64,000 nt of DNA. It comes from Eledone cirrhosa. Lineage: Eukaryota. The position numbers and the translations under genes were made by a program. The stretch is from assembly GCA_964016885.1 (NCBI GenBank), contig OZ024740.1, positions 6,014,001 through 6,078,000 on the forward strand, in the 5' to 3' direction. Positions 61,801-64,000 of the stretch are shown one piece after another (positions within the stretch are counted from its first letter, which is position 1; each line of letters starts with the position of its first letter). The notes below the pieces were generated by a model. The model did not search any database. It was given only the letters and a program-made list of their open reading frames with translations, and had not been told where the DNA came from.

Positions 61801-64000
61801 TCCACTGCACATACCTCCACAGCACATACCTCCACTGCACATACCTCCACTGCACATACCTCCACTGCACATACCTCCACTGCACATATGTCCACTGCAC
61901 ATACGTCCACTGCACATATCTCCTGTATACATACCTCCACTGTACATAACTCCACTGCACATACTTCCACTGCACATACCTACAGTGTACATACCTCCAC
62001 TGTACATACCACCACTGCTCATACCTCCACTGTACGTAGCTCCACTGCACATCCATACCTCCACTGCACATACCTCCACTGTAGATACCTCCACTGCACA
62101 TACCTCCACTGTACATACCTCCACTTTACATACCTCCACTGCACATACCTCCACTGTACATAACACTACTGTACATACCTCCATTGCACATACCTCCACT
62201 GTACATACCTCCATTGCACATACCTCCACTGTACATACCTCCACTGCACATACATACATCCACTGTACATACCTCCACTGTACATACCTCCACTGTACAT
62301 ACATCCACTGTACATACCTCCACTGTACATATCTCCACTGCACATACCTCCACTGCACATACCTCCACTGTACATACCTCCAATGCACATACCTCCACTG
62401 TACATACCCCCACTGCACATACCTCCATTGCACATACCTCCACTGTACATATCTCCAATGTACATACCACCACTGTACATACACCCACTATACATACCTC
62501 CACTGCACATACCTCCACTGCACATACATACCTCCACTGTACATACCTCCACTGCACATACCTCAACTGCACTTACCTCCACTGCACATACATACCTCCA
62601 TTGTCCATACCTCCACTGCACGTACCTCCACTGTACATACCTCCACTGTACATACCTCCAATGTACATACCTCCACTGTACATACCTCCACTGCACATAC
62701 CTCCACTGTACATAACTCTACTGTACAAACCTCCATTGCACATACCTCCACGGTACATACCTCCATTGCACATACCTCCACTGTACATACCTCCACTGCA
62801 CATACATACCTCCACTGTACATACCTCCACTGTACATACCTCCACTGCAGATACATCCACTTACACACCTACACTGCACATACCTCTACTGTACATACCT
62901 CCACTGCACATACCTCCACTGTACATACCTCCACTGTACATACCTCCACTGCACATACCTCCACTGCACATACCTCCAATGTACATACCTCCACTGTACA
63001 TACCTCCACTGCACATACCTCCACTGTACATACCTCCACTGCACATAGATACCTCCACTGTACATAACTCCACTTCACATACCTCCACTGTACATACCTC
63101 CACTTCACATATCTCCACTGCACATACCTCCACTGTACATACCTCTACTGTACATACCTCCACTGCACATACCTCCACTCTACATACCTCCACTGCACAT
63201 AGATAACAGTACTGTACATACCTCCACTGTACATACCTCCACTGCACATAGATAACAGCACTGTACATACCTCCACTGCACATACCTCCCCTCCACATAC
63301 CTCCACTGTACATACCTCCACTGCACATAGCTCCACTGCACATAAATCCACTGTACATACCTCCGCTGCACATTCCTCCACTGTACATACCTCCACTGCA
63401 CATCCATACCTCCACTGCACATACCTCCACCGCACATCCATACCTCCACTGCACATACCTCCACTGTACATACCTCTACTGTACATACCTCCACTGCACA
63501 TACCTCCACTGTACATACCTCCACTGCACATAGATAACAGCACTGTACATACCTCCACTGCACATAGATAACAGCACTGTACATACCTCCACTGCACATA
63601 CCTCCCCTCCACATACCTCCACTGTACATACCTCCACTGCACATACCTCCACAGCACATACCTCCACTGCACATACCTCCACTGCACATAGCTCCACTGC
63701 ACATAAATCCACTGTACATACCTCCACTGCACATACCTCCCCTGCACATACCTCCACTGTACATACCTCCACTGCACATACCTCCACTGCACATACCTCC
63801 ACTGCACATATCTCCACTATACATACCTCCATTGTACATACCTCCACTGTACATACCTCCACTGCACATCCATACCTCCACTGCACATACCTCGACAGTA
63901 GATACCTCCACTGTACATACCTCCACTGTACATACCTCCACTGCACAGACCTCTACTGTACATACCTCCACTGCACATCCATACCTCCACTGCACATACA

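Larger units (their letters stand above)
1..64000. repeat. Tandem satellite array, 15-bp monomer CCACTG(C/T)ACATACCT, ~4,200 copies, single orientation, runs off both window ends
   Basis: Read directly from position 1 (cactgtacatacctc cactgcacatacctc ...) to the end. Every stretch parses as the 15-mer or a point/indel variant, with no reverse-complement copies on the + strand. The monomer is ~50% GC with extreme skew (1 G vs 6-7 C) and has no CpG in the consensus. Confidence 0.99.
22600..64000. repeat. HOR domain B: variable-length units (mostly ~2.4-3.5 kb) defined by catagataacag(c/t)actg, cataaatcc, cctcccctccac, tacgtagc and frequent catccatacc variants
   Basis: Marker AGTACT (in ataacagtactg) at 25443, 28900, 30492, 33494, 36695, 39152, 42195, 44619, 47092, 50863 (mutated to AGAACT), 53287, 55760, 63208. 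I did not see these markers in domain A, and the domain A markers gcaaaacagc and cacatcatac are not seen after 22.2 kb. Confidence 0.9.

Noticed and set aside
23290-63612. cctcccctccac variant resembling the human PRDM9 motif CCNCCNTNNCCNC or the minisatellite core
   Set aside because: The spacing does not fit the 13-mer, and PRDM9 specificity is species- and allele-specific while the host is unknown.
1-64000. Hundreds of ORFs up to 750 aa (e.g. 22128..24380 +, 59470..61281 -) resembling extensin-, mucin- or Cys/His-rich proteins
   Set aside because: They overlap in all six frames, are pure pentapeptide translations of the monomer, switch register at 4-bp indels, and have no unique N- or C-terminal domain or signal peptide.
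1-64000. CRISPR array
   Set aside because: The repeats are directly adjacent, with no unique spacers, leader or cas genes.
1-64000. Telomerase-synthesised telomeric tract (G-rich strand, unit length like some yeast telomeres)
   Set aside because: Rare variants are copied in kb-scale blocks, which indicates recombination or replication-based amplification rather than templated addition, and I do not recognise the unit as a known telomere motif. A subtelomeric location is not excluded.
1-64000. Shine-Dalgarno GGAGGT next to ATG on the - strand (anti-SD-like ACCTCC on +)
   Set aside because: Spacing to ATG is 0 or 15 nt, outside the usual functional range, and nothing suggests a prokaryotic gene context.
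1-64000. Repeat-induced point mutation (CpA>TpA) as the cause of the C/T dimorphism
   Set aside because: The other CpA and TpG dinucleotides in the monomer are largely intact and the array remains ~50% GC, whereas RIP would hit them all.
1-64000. Metal response element (TGCRCNC) or steroid-receptor element
   Set aside because: The consensus is TGCACAT, failing the final C except in rare variants, and TGTACA lacks a correctly spaced partner half-site.
1-64000. Z-DNA from alternating TGYACATAC tracts
   Set aside because: The tracts are only 9-13 bp, contain AT steps and are interrupted by CCTCC in every monomer.
1-64000. Synthetic or data-encoding DNA, or sequencing noise, suggested by the binary C/T pattern
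   Set aside because: Nested duplications with shared derived variants and graded divergence fit natural satellite evolution; random error would not recur at fixed kb offsets.

Overview
The whole 64 kb window is one uninterrupted, head-to-tail satellite (minisatellite-like) array. It is built from a 15-bp monomer, consensus CCACTG(C/T)ACATACCT (minus strand AGGTATGT(G/A)CAGTGG), with about 4,200 copies estimated from length. I see no unique sequence, inversion, transposon, RNA gene, CRISPR array or credible protein-coding gene. The hundreds of ORFs arise because the monomer is 3x5 bp and stop-free in all six frames. The information lies in the variant monomers, which reveal nested higher-order repeats (HORs). 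There is a degenerate lead-in (1-~5.1 kb) and domain A (~5.1-22.6 kb), with alternating ~2.8/~3.4 kb units. Domain B (~22.6-64 kb) has its own diagnostic variants and variable ~2.4-3.5 kb units. It also holds a near-perfect 8,668-bp tandem duplication, a 1,217-bp sub-array and several 120-529 bp local duplications. Both domains are bracketed by older, collinear, diverged copies, which suggests layered expansion. The monomer carries motifs that could matter if the array is transcribed: a Pumilio element (UGUACAUA) switched on or off by the C/T site on the + strand, and a 5' splice-site-like GAG|GUAUGU on the - strand. These functional ideas are hypotheses only. The source organism cannot be determined; a eukaryote is inferred from the array type.
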